Assembly: GCA_049860595.1 (NCBI GenBank)
Contig: CP187551.1
Length of the DNA: 64,000 nucleotides
Direction: 5' to 3' (one strand)
From: Methanocaldococcus sp. 16A
Lineage (GTDB): Archaea > AGJL01 > Methanococci > Methanococcales > Methanocaldococcaceae
This document shows positions 42,767-53,429 of the stretch, piece by piece (the first letter of the stretch is position 1; each line of letters opens with the position of its first letter). A model generated the notes under the pieces. It saw nothing but the letters and a program-made list of their open reading frames with translations, searched no databases and had not been told where the DNA came from. Both the position numbers and the translations under genes were made by a program.

Positions 42767-42844
42767 AATAGGACTTTCGCAATTTATATATTAAATAAGG
42801 AACTTTGACACCTTGAAAAATTTATTCCAGGCGAAAGGTCTATT
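42767..42844. mobile_element. Family A element, internally deleted
   Basis: AATAGGACTTTCGCAA ... GGCGAAAGGTCTATT. Confidence 0.75.
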
Positions 42845-42957
42845 TATAGTTTTGTGCAAAAGGATTTATAATGAATAAGGCATTAATGAATGTCTTCCTT
42901 TTGGAAGACATTCAAATTTTCCTTATAAAGTTTAGTTTATTTTGCACAATACTATAA
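42844..42957. mobile_element. Palindromic MITE-like element, family B, copy 2
   Basis: 114 bp, only a few mismatches to 2596-2709. Confidence 0.85.
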
Positions 42958-43019
42958 TTTTTATAACATATAATAATAAATTTACAGTGATAAAATTAAA
43001 AACTATTTTGGTGATATTT

Positions 43020-43412
43020 ATGACAGAAGAACAAAAAAGAAAACTTACTGGAAAAATGAAAAGAATGCTTAGAGCTAAGGCTCATCATTTAGAACCTGTT
43101 GTATGGGTTGGAAAAGAGGGTAGTGAGAAGGTTATTAAAGAAGTAGATAGACAGTTAAAAGATAGAGGTTTGATAAAGGTTAAGGTTAGAAAAGCTGCAT
43201 TGTTATATGAAGATAAATATGAAATCGCTGAAAAGCTTGCTAAGGCATGTGATGCAGAGGTTGTTAGTGTAGTAGGACATGTTATAACTTTATTTAGACC
43301 AAGAGAGGGATGGAAAAAGTATTTGGCTAAAAAACCAAAGAAAAAAGTTAAAAAGGATGAGAAGATTATTGAATTATTTGAGAAGTTTAAAAAGAAAGCA
43401 GTTAAAGAGTAA
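43020..43412 (+). CDS. yhbY: YhbY/CRM-domain RNA-binding protein
   Basis: LRAKAHHLEPVVWVGKEG, LIKVKV, VGHVITLFR. Confidence 0.9.
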   Translation: MTEEQKRKLTGKMKRMLRAKAHHLEPVVWVGKEGSEKVIKEVDRQLKDRGLIKVKVRKAALLYEDKYEIAEKLAKACDAEVVSVVGHVITLFRPREGWKKYLAKKPKKKVKKDEKIIELFEKFKKKAVKE

Positions 43413-43427
43413 TAGTTGAGGGAGAAG

Positions 43428-44363
43428 ATGAAAAAAATCTATATTATTCTTTTACTTCTTTTTGTAATCTTGATTGGTTTAGTGGGGGCAGGTATATTAT
43501 TAGTTATAAGCTTATCAGGAGAAGGTATTGATTTGTTTGGTGGAGAGAAAATAGCTAAGGTTTATTTATGCAATGAAATCTATTTTGACTATAATCAAGA
43601 TGATGGGCTTTTTACAGTTCCTAAAAAGGATGCAAGATATTATATAAATTTATTAAATGATTTAGAGGAGGATGATTCAGTTAAAGGTGTTTTATTGGTT
43701 GTTAATTCACCTGGAGGGGAGGTTATAGCAAGTGAAAAATTAGCAAGAAAGGTTGAAGAACTTGCAAAGAAAAAGCCAGTAGTTGTTTATGTTGAGGGTT
43801 TAGATGCTTCTGGTGCTTATATGGTTTCAGCTCCTGCAAACTATATTGTAGCTGAAAAACATTCAATAGTTGGAAGTATTGGGGTTAGGATGGATTTAAT
43901 GCACTACTATGGATTAATGAAAAAGCTTGGTATAAATGTAACTACAATAAAGGCTGGAAAATATAAAGATATTGGTTCTCCATTTAGACCAATGACTAAA
44001 GAAGAGAAAGAATATTTAGAAAAAATGATAAACGAAACATATATGGACTTTGTTAAATGGGTAGCAGAACATAGAAACTTGTCAATCAATTATACACTAA
44101 AAATAGCAGATGGGAAAATATATACTGGAGAGGATGCTAAAAAAGTAGGATTAGTTGATGAGGTTGGAACAGAAGAAACTGCTTTGAAAAAATTGGAAGA
44201 ACTTGCCAATGTTTCAAATCCTGAGATTGTTGAGTATGGTTTAGAGAAGGATAGTGGATTATTTGGATTAACATATTATTTAGGTTATGGAATTGGGAAA
44301 GGTCTTGGAGAAGTTTTATATGGATTGGAAAAAATTAATGGAAGAGTTGAGTTATTAAGTTAA
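43428..44363 (+). CDS. sppA: Signal peptide peptidase SppA (S49)
   Basis: NSPGG, ASGAY, GSIGV, AGKYK. Confidence 0.93.
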   Translation: MKKIYIILLLLFVILIGLVGAGILLVISLSGEGIDLFGGEKIAKVYLCNEIYFDYNQDDGLFTVPKKDARYYINLLNDLEEDDSVKGVLLVVNSPGGEVIASEKLARKVEELAKKKPVVVYVEGLDASGAYMVSAPANYIVAEKHSIVGSIGVRMDLMHYYGLMKKLGINVTTIKAGKYKDIGSPFRPMTKEEKEYLEKMINETYMDFVKWVAEHRNLSINYTLKIADGKIYTGEDAKKVGLVDEVGTEETALKKLEELANVSNPEIVEYGLEKDSGLFGLTYYLGYGIGKGLGEVLYGLEKINGRVELLS

Positions 44364-44395
44364 AATTAAGTTATTTTTTTAATTATTTTTTTTGA

Positions 44396-45736
44396 TTATT
44401 TTAACTTTTTTAAAGCATCTTCAGCAGCTAATGATAATGGTTCATGAACCATCGAGACTGGTGGAGCATAGCAGAACTCCATATTTGCAAGCTCTTCTGC
44501 TGAAACTCCTTTAAATATTGCTATTGACATAGCATCAATTCTTTCAGCAACTCTCTCTCCACCAACTATTTGGCATCCAATAACTTTACCTTCTTCATTA
44601 AATATCATCTTTATATCAATTTCTTTTCCTCCTGGGTAGTATCTTGCTCTTGTTAATGCCTTTGCTCTTCCTATAACTATTGGAATTCTTTTTAAATTTG
44701 CACTAAATGCTGTTAATCCAGTACCTCCAATTTCTAACTCTCCTATTTTACTGACAGCAGAGTTTAAAACTGGATAGAACTTTGCCTCAACTCCAGCTAT
44801 GTTTTTACCAGCTACTTTTCCTTGCCTTACAGCAGTAGTTCCAAATGGCGATAATGTTTTCTCTCCAGTTATAAAATCTATAACTTCAACACAATCCCCA
44901 ACAGCATAGATGTTTGGAATGGATGTTTGCATCTTTTCATTTACTTCTATTGCAAACTTTCCTATTTTACAGCCAGCTTTTTTTGCTAATTCTATATTTG
45001 GTCTTACACCAGTAGCCATTATAACCATATCAACATCATATAGCTTTTTATCAACACAAACCGCCTCAACTTTTTCTTTTCCAACAATCTTTTCCAATGG
45101 TTTTGATAATATAATTTTAATTCCTTCTTTTTCTAAATATTTTTGAACTATTTCAGCCATATCTGGGTCTAAGAATCTTGGTAACACTTGCGGAGCCATT
45201 TCAACAACTAAGACATCTAAACCTCTTTTCTTTAAACCATAAGCCATTTCTAAACCAATAGCTCCAGCACCAACAACAGCAACTTTTTTGCAGTTATTTT
45301 CTTCAATGTATTTTAATATTGCTTTTCCATCCTCAATAGTTCTAACTTTAAACACTCCTTCTAAATCTTTCCCTTCAATTGGGGGGATAAATGGCTCAGC
45401 CCCAGTAGCTAAAACTAAATAATCATAATCCATCTCAAACTCATTTCCATCTTTATCTACACACTTTATTTTGTTATTTTTTGAATCAACATCTACAACA
45501 GTGGTTTCAGTTAATATCTCAATGTTTCTTTCTTTTTTGTAATCTTCTGGAGTGTGCATAATAATGTCATCAAAGCTTTTTATAACTCCTTCAATAACAT
45601 AAGGAATTGCACAAGGTGAGTAAGCAATATCTTTTTCTTTTGTTATTACAACTACTTCAATCTCTTTGTTGTATTTTCTAATTGTTGATGCTGTTGTTAA
45701 TCCACCAGCTCCACTTCCTACTATTATAGCTCTCAT
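44396..45736 (-). CDS. NADH oxidase / CoA-disulfide reductase family flavoprotein
   Basis: GSGAGG, single-Cys YSPCAIPY, GAGAIG, YAVGDC, YAPP. Confidence 0.9.
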   Translation of the reverse strand: MRAIIVGSGAGGLTTASTIRKYNKEIEVVVITKEKDIAYSPCAIPYVIEGVIKSFDDIIMHTPEDYKKERNIEILTETTVVDVDSKNNKIKCVDKDGNEFEMDYDYLVLATGAEPFIPPIEGKDLEGVFKVRTIEDGKAILKYIEENNCKKVAVVGAGAIGLEMAYGLKKRGLDVLVVEMAPQVLPRFLDPDMAEIVQKYLEKEGIKIILSKPLEKIVGKEKVEAVCVDKKLYDVDMVIMATGVRPNIELAKKAGCKIGKFAIEVNEKMQTSIPNIYAVGDCVEVIDFITGEKTLSPFGTTAVRQGKVAGKNIAGVEAKFYPVLNSAVSKIGELEIGGTGLTAFSANLKRIPIVIGRAKALTRARYYPGGKEIDIKMIFNEEGKVIGCQIVGGERVAERIDAMSIAIFKGVSAEELANMEFCYAPPVSMVHEPLSLAAEDALKKLK

Positions 45737-45858
45737 TTCCTCACCATTTTTTATGAGGTTATTTGGTTTTCTATTAACTAAATTATTTTTTATTCTTTTT
45801 GATGGTTATAATTGTGCCAAAAAGATGAACTTTATTAAACTTTCATAAAAAATTATTA

Positions 45859-45952
45859 TTAGGACTTTTACAGGAATAAATTTCTTAGGATAAATTGACG
45901 CCCTTTGAGCATCTAAGTTATTTATTAGATATATAAACTGCGAAAGTCCTAA
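45859..45952. mobile_element. Family A palindromic element
   Basis: TTAGGACTTTTACAGG ... CTGCGAAAGTCCTAA. Confidence 0.82.
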
Positions 45953-46447
45953 TTATTTTAGCTCATCTAAACTCTTAGAGACACAAAATTCACATAGGGA
46001 ATATTCATTGAGTTGTTTATTTTTAACTGGACAGTAATAGTTATTTCCTTTCTTAATAATCTTTACATTTCCAGGAAATGTTAAATACTCTGGATGTAGT
46101 GGTTTTTTAGCAATAAAAGATAGATATGGGCAGAGAATTTTTGAGAGATTTATAAATCTCTCTTCATCTGGCGTATTATATTTTCTAAACTTTTCTATCC
46201 TTTTAAGCATTTCATTTAATTTTTCTTCATCAATTTCTTCATCATTAAGTTCTTCAACTTTTTTATTTTTAATCTCGTTGAATGTTTCAATTAAATACTT
46301 CATCATCGCCTCAACATAATGATTTTTGTATTTTTCTGGAAGATACTTAGCATCTTTTTCAATAAAGCTTCTAATCATCATAATATCATATATGCTAAAA
46401 CCATTAAGCTCTTTTTTTAATTTTTCAAATAATTCTCTTGCTTTCAT
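45953..46447 (-). CDS. DUF2115 (UPF0305) family protein
   Basis: KPLHP...FPG...YYCPVK...SLCEFCV. Confidence 0.85.
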   Translation of the reverse strand: MKARELFEKLKKELNGFSIYDIMMIRSFIEKDAKYLPEKYKNHYVEAMMKYLIETFNEIKNKKVEELNDEEIDEEKLNEMLKRIEKFRKYNTPDEERFINLSKILCPYLSFIAKKPLHPEYLTFPGNVKIIKKGNNYYCPVKNKQLNEYSLCEFCVSKSLDELK

Positions 46448-46461
46448 ATTCTCCCAAAATA

Positions 46462-47037
46462 TTAAAATGCTTTTTCTATCATAAAGCATAAAACTGCCAC
46501 AATTAAAGCTCCAACAACCATCTTTATACCTGAAATTACAACATTTTCCTTAGAAATCTTTCCTATAAACACTCCTAATATGAATAGTATTACTATAGTT
46601 ATTGCTATTGCTGCATATAAAGCTGTTTTTATATCAAATAAAAAGAAGGGGATTACAGGGAGAGCAGAACCCATAGCTGTTGATATTCCATCAATAAGCC
46701 CACAAATCATCGTTTCTCTAATTGCCTTTTTGTAAATTATTGACTTCTTTAAATATCCATTCTGCTTTAATAAACTCTTTTCTTTTTGTATTCTTTCTCT
46801 CTCTAATGATGCCTTTTCAGCAGTAAATGCTCCAAGAATATTGGATAATCCGTTAGCTATCCCCCCTCCAAGCCCAGCAGCTATAATAACAGATGCATCA
46901 GCTGAACCACTCGCTCCAATAACAACTCCAAGAGCTGATAGAGAGCCATCAATAAGCCCTCTAACTATATATCTTGTCCCAGATTCTCCATTTATTATAT
47001 TTATAATAGATTTCAGACTACGCGGAACACTCAACAC
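46462..47037 (-). CDS. VIT1/CCC1-like membrane protein (TIGR00267 type)
   Basis: RYIVRGLIDG, ANGLSNILGAFTAE. Confidence 0.82.
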   Translation of the reverse strand: MLSVPRSLKSIINIINGESGTRYIVRGLIDGSLSALGVVIGASGSADASVIIAAGLGGGIANGLSNILGAFTAEKASLERERIQKEKSLLKQNGYLKKSIIYKKAIRETMICGLIDGISTAMGSALPVIPFFLFDIKTALYAAIAITIVILFILGVFIGKISKENVVISGIKMVVGALIVAVLCFMIEKAF

Positions 47038-47056
47038 TTATCACCCATCAGATTTT

Positions 47057-47647
47057 TTATTTTAAATTTAAAATATCTCTTAAATCTTGCCCTCTTAAAA
47101 TTCTTTCTCTAATTTTTCTCTCCTTCTCTTTTATATTTTTAGCATTTTCAATAATCTCTTGAAGACTTTCTTTTTTTATAACTGCTACTCCATTACAATC
47201 TCCTACAACTATATCTCCTGGCTCTATCAAAACATCACCACATCTAACAGGAACATTTATCCTTCCAAGATTTAAAGGTTTTCCTGCATTTGGACAGAAA
47301 TTTTTTGCAAAAACTGAGAACTTTAAAGCTTTTATATCCTCAACATCTCTAACACATCCATCTATAACTACCCCTCTAACCCCCTTTATTTTAGCATTTA
47401 GTGAAGCTAATCCTCCCCAAACAGCTGTTTCATATTTTTTTTCGCCAGTAACTTCAGCAACAATAAATTTATTTTTGGCAAAGCTTATTGATTTTATTAA
47501 AGTTCCCCAATCATCATAGTTTATCTTTACAGTTATAGCTTCACCAAAAACAAGCTTTTGATTATCTAAAATAGGTTTAATACCCTTTAATGGCTTAGCC
47601 CCAGCATCACACAAATTAGGAACTGAAAAATTTTTTAAGATATTCAT
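47057..47647 (-). CDS. RraA-like (HMG aldolase fold) protein
   Basis: LCDA, AVWGG, IDGCVRD, PGDIVVGD.NGV. Confidence 0.88.
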   Translation of the reverse strand: MNILKNFSVPNLCDAGAKPLKGIKPILDNQKLVFGEAITVKINYDDWGTLIKSISFAKNKFIVAEVTGEKKYETAVWGGLASLNAKIKGVRGVVIDGCVRDVEDIKALKFSVFAKNFCPNAGKPLNLGRINVPVRCGDVLIEPGDIVVGDCNGVAVIKKESLQEIIENAKNIKEKERKIRERILRGQDLRDILNLK

Positions 47648-47656
47648 AAACCTCCC

Positions 47657-48628
47657 TTATAACAATTTTTCAGCAACTTCCTTAGCCCAATATGTAATGA
47701 TAAAATCAGCACCAGCCCTTTTTATACTTAGCAGTACTTCATAAATAACTCTCTCTCTATCCAACCATCCATTTTTAGCAGCTGCCTCAACCATTGCATA
47801 TTCTCCGCTAACACAGTAGCCACCAATAGGCACATTGAAGTTATCTTTAGCCATCCTTATTATATCTAAATATGGTAAAGCTGGTTTAATTAATATTAAA
47901 TCAGCCCCTTCCTCTATATCTAAGGCAATTTCTTTTAAAGCCTCTCTTGAATTTCCTATGTCCATTTGATAGCTCTTCCTATCCCCAAACTTTGGGGCAC
48001 TTTCAGCTGCTTCTCTAAAAGGTCCATAAAATGATGATGCATATTTTGCAGAGTAACTCATTATTGCAACATCATCATAGCCATTATCTTCTAAAACCTC
48101 TCTTATTGCTCTAACCCTACCATCCATCATATCTGATGGAGCAACAATATCAACCCCTGCTTCAGCATAAGATAAAGCTATCTTTGATAATATAGGTAGA
48201 GTAACATCATTTAAAATCTTTCCATTTTTAACAATTCCACAATGTCCATGGCTTGTATATTCACACAAACAACAATCTGCTATAACTAAAAGCTCATCTC
48301 CAAGCTCTTCCTTAATTCCTCTTATAGTTTTTTGAACAACTCCATTTTTATCATAGGCAGAGCTTCCTATCTCATCTTTATACTTTGGAATGCCAAACAA
48401 TATTACAGCTGGGATTCCTAAATCAGCTATTTCTTTTGCTTCTTCTATAGCTCCTTCTACACTAAATCTATATTGATTAGGCATTGAGCTAATTTCTTTC
48501 TTTTCCTTACCTTTTAAATTTTCATCTACAAAGATTGGCATTATTAAATCATTTTTTGTTAAGGTTGTTTCTCTAACTAAATCTCTAATTTTTTGGTTTT
48601 TTCTTAATCTTCTTGGTCTTATTAACAT
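47657..48628 (-). CDS. hemB: Porphobilinogen synthase
   Basis: [29 protein letters not shown]. Confidence 0.97.
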   Translation of the reverse strand: MLIRPRRLRKNQKIRDLVRETTLTKNDLIMPIFVDENLKGKEKKEISSMPNQYRFSVEGAIEEAKEIADLGIPAVILFGIPKYKDEIGSSAYDKNGVVQKTIRGIKEELGDELLVIADCCLCEYTSHGHCGIVKNGKILNDVTLPILSKIALSYAEAGVDIVAPSDMMDGRVRAIREVLEDNGYDDVAIMSYSAKYASSFYGPFREAAESAPKFGDRKSYQMDIGNSREALKEIALDIEEGADLILIKPALPYLDIIRMAKDNFNVPIGGYCVSGEYAMVEAAAKNGWLDRERVIYEVLLSIKRAGADFIITYWAKEVAEKLL

Positions 48629-48743
48629 TAATGCTCACCTTAATTTTTTATTTTTCCACATAAAATATTTAAAAAATTAATTTATAAAAGTTAAAATTAA
48701 TTAAATTATAACTGAAAGCTATTTATTAAATTTGGTGATTATC

Positions 48744-49049
48744 ATGATTGTTATATATACAACATTTCCAGACTGGGAAAGTGCTGAAAAAGTAGTTAAG
48801 TCTCTTCTTGAGAGAAAGTTAATTGCATGTGCAAATTTGAGAGAACATAGGGCATTATATTGGTGGGAAGGAAAGATTGAGGATGATAATGAAATAGGGG
48901 CTATTTTAAAGACGGATGATGATAAGTGGGAAGAGGTAAAAAAGGTTATTAAGGAATTACATCCTTATACAACACCTTTAATTATGAAGATGAATATTGA
49001 TGATGTGAATGATGAGTATATGAAATGGCTAAAAGATGTTGTAGGATAA
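48744..49049 (+). CDS. cutA: Divalent-cation tolerance protein CutA
   Basis: LIACAN, YWWEGKIE, LHPY..P. Confidence 0.92.
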   Translation: MIVIYTTFPDWESAEKVVKSLLERKLIACANLREHRALYWWEGKIEDDNEIGAILKTDDDKWEEVKKVIKELHPYTTPLIMKMNIDDVNDEYMKWLKDVVG

Positions 49050-49131
49050 GAATTTTGCATAAATAAATATCCTATTGAATAGTGACTCCTCTTAGTGTCT
49101 AAATTCAATATATAAACTGTAAAAAGTCTAT
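49046..49131. repeat. Family A element (degenerate), overlaps the cutA stop codon
   Basis: ATAAGAATTTTGCA...TATTGAATA...AATATATAAACTGTAAAAAGTCTAT. Confidence 0.6.
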
Positions 49132-49207
49132 ATGATAAAATTTATAAACTTCCTGCTAAAATAGAAAATACCCAAATATCACCATAAGAATTTTTTGAGG
49201 GATAGTC

Positions 49208-50452
49208 ATGTTTTTAACATTGGATGATTTTAATTTTGATGAGAAAAGAGTAGTTTTGAGAGTAGATATAAACTGTCCAATAGACCCAAATACTGGAGAG
49301 ATTTTAGATGATAAGAGAATTAGAGAGATTAAAAACACAATTACAGAGCTTATAAACAAAAATGCTAAGGTTGTTATCTTAGCCCACCAAAGTAGGCCAG
49401 GGAAAAAAGATTTTACAACATTAAAAAACCACGCAAAGGTATTATCAGATGTTATTGGTAAGGAGGTAGAGTATATTGATGAAGTTATAGGCTCTACAGC
49501 GAGAGAAGCAATAACCAATATGAAAAGTGGAGATGTTATATTGTTAGAGAACGTTAGATTTTATTCTGAAGAGGTTTTAAGTGATTGGAAAAAATGGAAG
49601 GATATTACACCAAAAAAACAGGCAGAAACAAATTTAATTAAAAGATTGGCTCCTCTTTTTGATTACTTTGTTAATGATGCCTTTGCAGCTGCACATAGGG
49701 CTCAGCCATCATTAGTTGGTTTCTCTCATTATATGCCAATGATTGCAGGAAGATTGATGGAGAGAGAGGTAGGAGTTTTATCAAAGGTTTTAGAAAATCC
49801 TGAAAGACCTTGTGTTTATGTTTTAGGTGGAGCTAAGGCAGATGATTCAATAAGAGTTATGAAAAATGTTTTAGAAAATGGAACAGCTGATAAAGTTTTA
49901 ACCTCTGGAATTGTTGCTAACATATTCCTTGTAGCTATGGGATATGATTTGGGAGTTAATGTGGATGTTATAGAAAATCTTGGATTGAAAAGTCAAATAG
50001 AAATTGCTAAAGAGTTGTTAGATAAATTTGAAGATAAAATAATAGTTCCTATAGATGTAGCTCTAAATATTAATGAAGAGAGAGTTGAAGCTGATTTAAA
50101 TAAAGATGAAAAAGTAGAGCATTTAATTAATGATATTGGAGAGAAAACTATTGGACTTTACAGTGAAATTATTAATGAGGCAAATACTATCGTTGCTAAC
50201 GGTCCTGCAGGTGTGTTTGAAAAAGAGGAGTTTGCAAAAGGTACTGAGGAGTTGTTGAAGGCAATAGCTAACTCAAAAGGATTTTCAGTTATTGGAGGAG
50301 GACATTTATCAGCTGCAGCAGAGTTATTTGGAATTGCTGATAAAATAGACCACGTTAGTACCGGAGGTGGAGCTACCTTAGATTTCTTAGCTGGAGAAAA
50401 ATTGCCAGTAATAGAAATGCTTAAGGAATCATATAAAAAATATAAAGGATAA
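49208..50452 (+). CDS. pgk: Phosphoglycerate kinase
   Basis: [33 protein letters not shown]. Confidence 0.97.
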   Translation: MFLTLDDFNFDEKRVVLRVDINCPIDPNTGEILDDKRIREIKNTITELINKNAKVVILAHQSRPGKKDFTTLKNHAKVLSDVIGKEVEYIDEVIGSTAREAITNMKSGDVILLENVRFYSEEVLSDWKKWKDITPKKQAETNLIKRLAPLFDYFVNDAFAAAHRAQPSLVGFSHYMPMIAGRLMEREVGVLSKVLENPERPCVYVLGGAKADDSIRVMKNVLENGTADKVLTSGIVANIFLVAMGYDLGVNVDVIENLGLKSQIEIAKELLDKFEDKIIVPIDVALNINEERVEADLNKDEKVEHLINDIGEKTIGLYSEIINEANTIVANGPAGVFEKEEFAKGTEELLKAIANSKGFSVIGGGHLSAAAELFGIADKIDHVSTGGGATLDFLAGEKLPVIEMLKESYKKYKG

Positions 50453-50609
50453 TTATTTTTAATTTTTTATTTTTGCATCTAATAATAGAAAATTTTTATC
50501 TTATAATTATAAGGTTAAATCAAGTATTTAAAATATAAGCAAATCGAAAGTTTTAAAAGAAATGGTATTAAAAATTAAAAAGACAATATTACCAAAGAAA
50601 GGGGATTCT

Positions 50610-51584
50610 ATGAATTTAAAAAAAGTTATTGATGAGATAAGAAATTTTGAAGGAATCTTAAGGAAGGTAGCTATTAAAGATGTTGTAGAGACCTTTGATT
50701 TTGATGATGAGGATTATGAATTTGATATTATAGTAGATTTTGGAGATGATGCTGCTGTTATAGGAATAGATGGAGATAATGCTATTTTATTAGCTGCTGA
50801 TGGAATTTGGGGTAAGCTCTTAGAGGCAGACCCTTGGTGGGCAGGTTACTGTTCAGTTTTAGTTAATTGTAAAGACATAGCGGCAATGGGAGGAAAATGT
50901 GTAGGGATGACTAATATAATAAGTATAAAAGATAAAGATATCTGCAGAGAGGTTTTAAAAGGAGTTAAGGATGGAGTGAAAAAATTTGGAGTGCCAATGG
51001 TTGGAGGGCATACACATCCAGATGCTATGTGCAATGTCTTAGATGTTTCTATAACAGGCATTGCTAAAAAAGATTGTATATTGAGAAGTGATAATGCAAA
51101 AATTGGGGATAAAATTATCTTTGCTTATGACTTAGTTGGGCAAATTTATAAATCATTCCCATTGAATTGGGACACAACAACAATGAAATCAAAGAAGTTA
51201 GTTAAAGCCCAGATGGATGCTTTAGTTCAAATTGCAGAGAATAAATTAGCTAATTCATGTAAAGATATAAGCAATCCAGGAGCTATTGGAACTTTAGGTA
51301 TGCTTTTGGAAGTTTCAAGGAAAGGGGGTATTGTAGATATAACAAAAATTCCTAAACCAGAAGAGATTGATTTAATCCACTGGCTTAAAGTTTATCCTGG
51401 TAGTGGTTATGTTCTAACTGCGAGAGAAGAAAACTTTAGAGAAATTAGGAATATTTTTGAAGATGTTGAAATAACTGCAGAAATTTGTGGTGAAGTTATC
51501 TCTGATAAAAAACTATACATCACTGATGGTGAAAATAAAGAAGTTGTTTTTAATTTTGAGAAAGAGTTTATTTGTGGCTGCTGA
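50610..51584 (+). CDS. Methanogenesis marker 2 protein (AIR synthase-like)
   Basis: GDDAAV, AADGIW, DIAAMGG, GGHTHPD, KDISNPG. Confidence 0.9.
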   Translation: MNLKKVIDEIRNFEGILRKVAIKDVVETFDFDDEDYEFDIIVDFGDDAAVIGIDGDNAILLAADGIWGKLLEADPWWAGYCSVLVNCKDIAAMGGKCVGMTNIISIKDKDICREVLKGVKDGVKKFGVPMVGGHTHPDAMCNVLDVSITGIAKKDCILRSDNAKIGDKIIFAYDLVGQIYKSFPLNWDTTTMKSKKLVKAQMDALVQIAENKLANSCKDISNPGAIGTLGMLLEVSRKGGIVDITKIPKPEEIDLIHWLKVYPGSGYVLTAREENFREIRNIFEDVEITAEICGEVISDKKLYITDGENKEVVFNFEKEFICGC

Positions 51585-51613
51585 TTTTTAATATAATTTT
51601 TAATGGTGAAATC

Positions 51614-51901
51614 ATGAAATTAGCTGTAGATGCTGTTTTTTATGTAAGGGAAGGGTTTAATTTTGAAAAAGCATTTAAAGAGGTTTTAAAAATTTTAGGA
51701 GATGATGTGAAAATCTTATCTGTTGAATATCCTGAGTTAGCTTTAATTTCAGAGAACGGCTATTATTATAGATGTGGATTTATGCTCGATAAAGAGTTAA
51801 AAGAAGAATTAGACAGAGAGGAGATTAATAAAATTAAAGAAAAAATTAAAAAGTTGTTTGAAGATGAGATAATCTATACATTAACATGTGAGATATTATG
51901 A
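51614..51901 (+). CDS. Hypothetical protein
   Basis: 95 aa from ATG 51614 with GGTGA RBS; ATGA overlap with the next gene. Confidence 0.75.
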   Translation: MKLAVDAVFYVREGFNFEKAFKEVLKILGDDVKILSVEYPELALISENGYYYRCGFMLDKELKEELDREEINKIKEKIKKLFEDEIIYTLTCEIL

Positions 51902-52575
51902 AAGAAGTTAAAAATTTTTATGATAAATGGGAACCAGAGGATTTTCCAAACTATATAAAACTTCTTATGAATTTTGCTGATGGGCTGATTTTTGAAGAAA
52001 TATATTTATTGTTAAAAAAATTTGAAAATAAAAAAGATTTTTTGGTTTTAGATTGTGGATGCGGATTTGGAGCTTTTTATAATTTAACAAAAGACTTTAA
52101 CACAATATATTTAGATATATCATTAAATTTGCTCAAAAAATTTAACATCAAAGAGCGAAAAATTTGTGGCAACATATTACATTTACCTTTTAAAGATAAC
52201 ACGTTTGATTTAGTTTTGTGTATAAATGTGTTAGAACATGTAGATTATTTAAAAGCGTTAAATGAAATAAAGAGAGTTTTAAAAAATAATGGGGAGTTAA
52301 TAGTTGTGGTTGTAAATAGAAATAGCTTAATTAGAGAAGAAATATTTAATGATTTTGATATTTTCCATAATCCTTTATCTATTGAAAATTTTAATGTAAC
52401 TGGATTTAAAATTGTTTATTCAAACTCAGTATATTTTTTACCTTCAATTTTTAAGATATTTCCACCAATAATTTTATCAAAAATCATAGAATATTGGAAG
52501 CCAATAGATAAAAAATTTTCAAAGATTTTAAAAAATAAAGGTCAGTTTTTAATTGTTGAAATGGTGAAAGAATGA
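51898..52575 (+). CDS. Class I SAM-dependent methyltransferase
   Basis: VLDCGCGFG, LPFKDNTFDLV, VLEHV. Confidence 0.9.
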   Translation: MKEVKNFYDKWEPEDFPNYIKLLMNFADGLIFEEIYLLLKKFENKKDFLVLDCGCGFGAFYNLTKDFNTIYLDISLNLLKKFNIKERKICGNILHLPFKDNTFDLVLCINVLEHVDYLKALNEIKRVLKNNGELIVVVVNRNSLIREEIFNDFDIFHNPLSIENFNVTGFKIVYSNSVYFLPSIFKIFPPIILSKIIEYWKPIDKKFSKILKNKGQFLIVEMVKE

Positions 52576-53396
52576 GTAAAGCAGTTATTTACACATTACC
52601 AAAAGGGACTTACAGTGAAAAAGCTGCAAAGAAATTTTTAGATTACATTGATGGTAATTATAGAATAGATTATTGCAATTCCATATATGATGTGTTTGAA
52701 AATGTAGATAACAATGGTTTAGGAGTGGTTCCAATAGAAAACTCTATTGAAGGCTCTGTATCTTTAACACAGGATTTATTGTTGCAATTTAAAAATATTA
52801 AAATATTAGGAGAGTTGGCTATAGATATACATCATAATTTAATAGGCTATGATAAAAATAAGATAAAAACAGTTATTTCTCATCCACAGGCATTGGCTCA
52901 ATGCAGAAATTATATAAAAAAACATAACTGGGAAGTTAAGGCAGTAGAAAGCACAGCTAAAGCAGTTAAGATAGTTGCTGAAAGTAAAGATGAAACTTTG
53001 GGAGCTATCGGCTCAAAAGAATCAGCGGAATATTATAACTTAAAAATATTGGATGAAAATATTGAAGATTATAAAAACAATAGGACGAGATTTATTTTAA
53101 TTGGCAAAAATGTGAAATTTAAAACACTTCCAAAAAAATACAAAGTTTCAATTGTTTTTGAATTAAAAGAAGATAAACCAGGAGCTTTATATCATATTTT
53201 AAAAGAGTTTGCTGAAAGAAATATAAATTTAACGAGGATTGAGTCAAGACCTTCAAAAAAGAGATTAGGAACTTATATATTTTACATTGATTTTGAAGAC
53301 ATTGATGGTAAAGAAAAGTTGGATGATATTTTAAAATCCTTAGAGAGGCATACAACATTTATCATTCTTTTAGGAAGATATCCAGTTTTTGAGTAA
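52572..53396 (+). CDS. pheA: Prephenate dehydratase
   Basis: PIENSIEG, SHPQALAQC, TRF, ACT domain IESRP. Confidence 0.96.
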   Translation: MSKAVIYTLPKGTYSEKAAKKFLDYIDGNYRIDYCNSIYDVFENVDNNGLGVVPIENSIEGSVSLTQDLLLQFKNIKILGELAIDIHHNLIGYDKNKIKTVISHPQALAQCRNYIKKHNWEVKAVESTAKAVKIVAESKDETLGAIGSKESAEYYNLKILDENIEDYKNNRTRFILIGKNVKFKTLPKKYKVSIVFELKEDKPGALYHILKEFAERNINLTRIESRPSKKRLGTYIFYIDFEDIDGKEKLDDILKSLERHTTFIILLGRYPVFE

Positions 53397-53429
53397 TAAT
53401 TTCTCGGAGATTAGTATTTTTTATTATAA

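Noticed and set aside
51570-51620. Selenocysteine read-through at the marker-2 C-terminus (…CGC-TGA)
   Set aside because: No SECIS-like GC-rich GAA/A hairpin nearby, and the next gene starts normally; TGA is most simply a stop.
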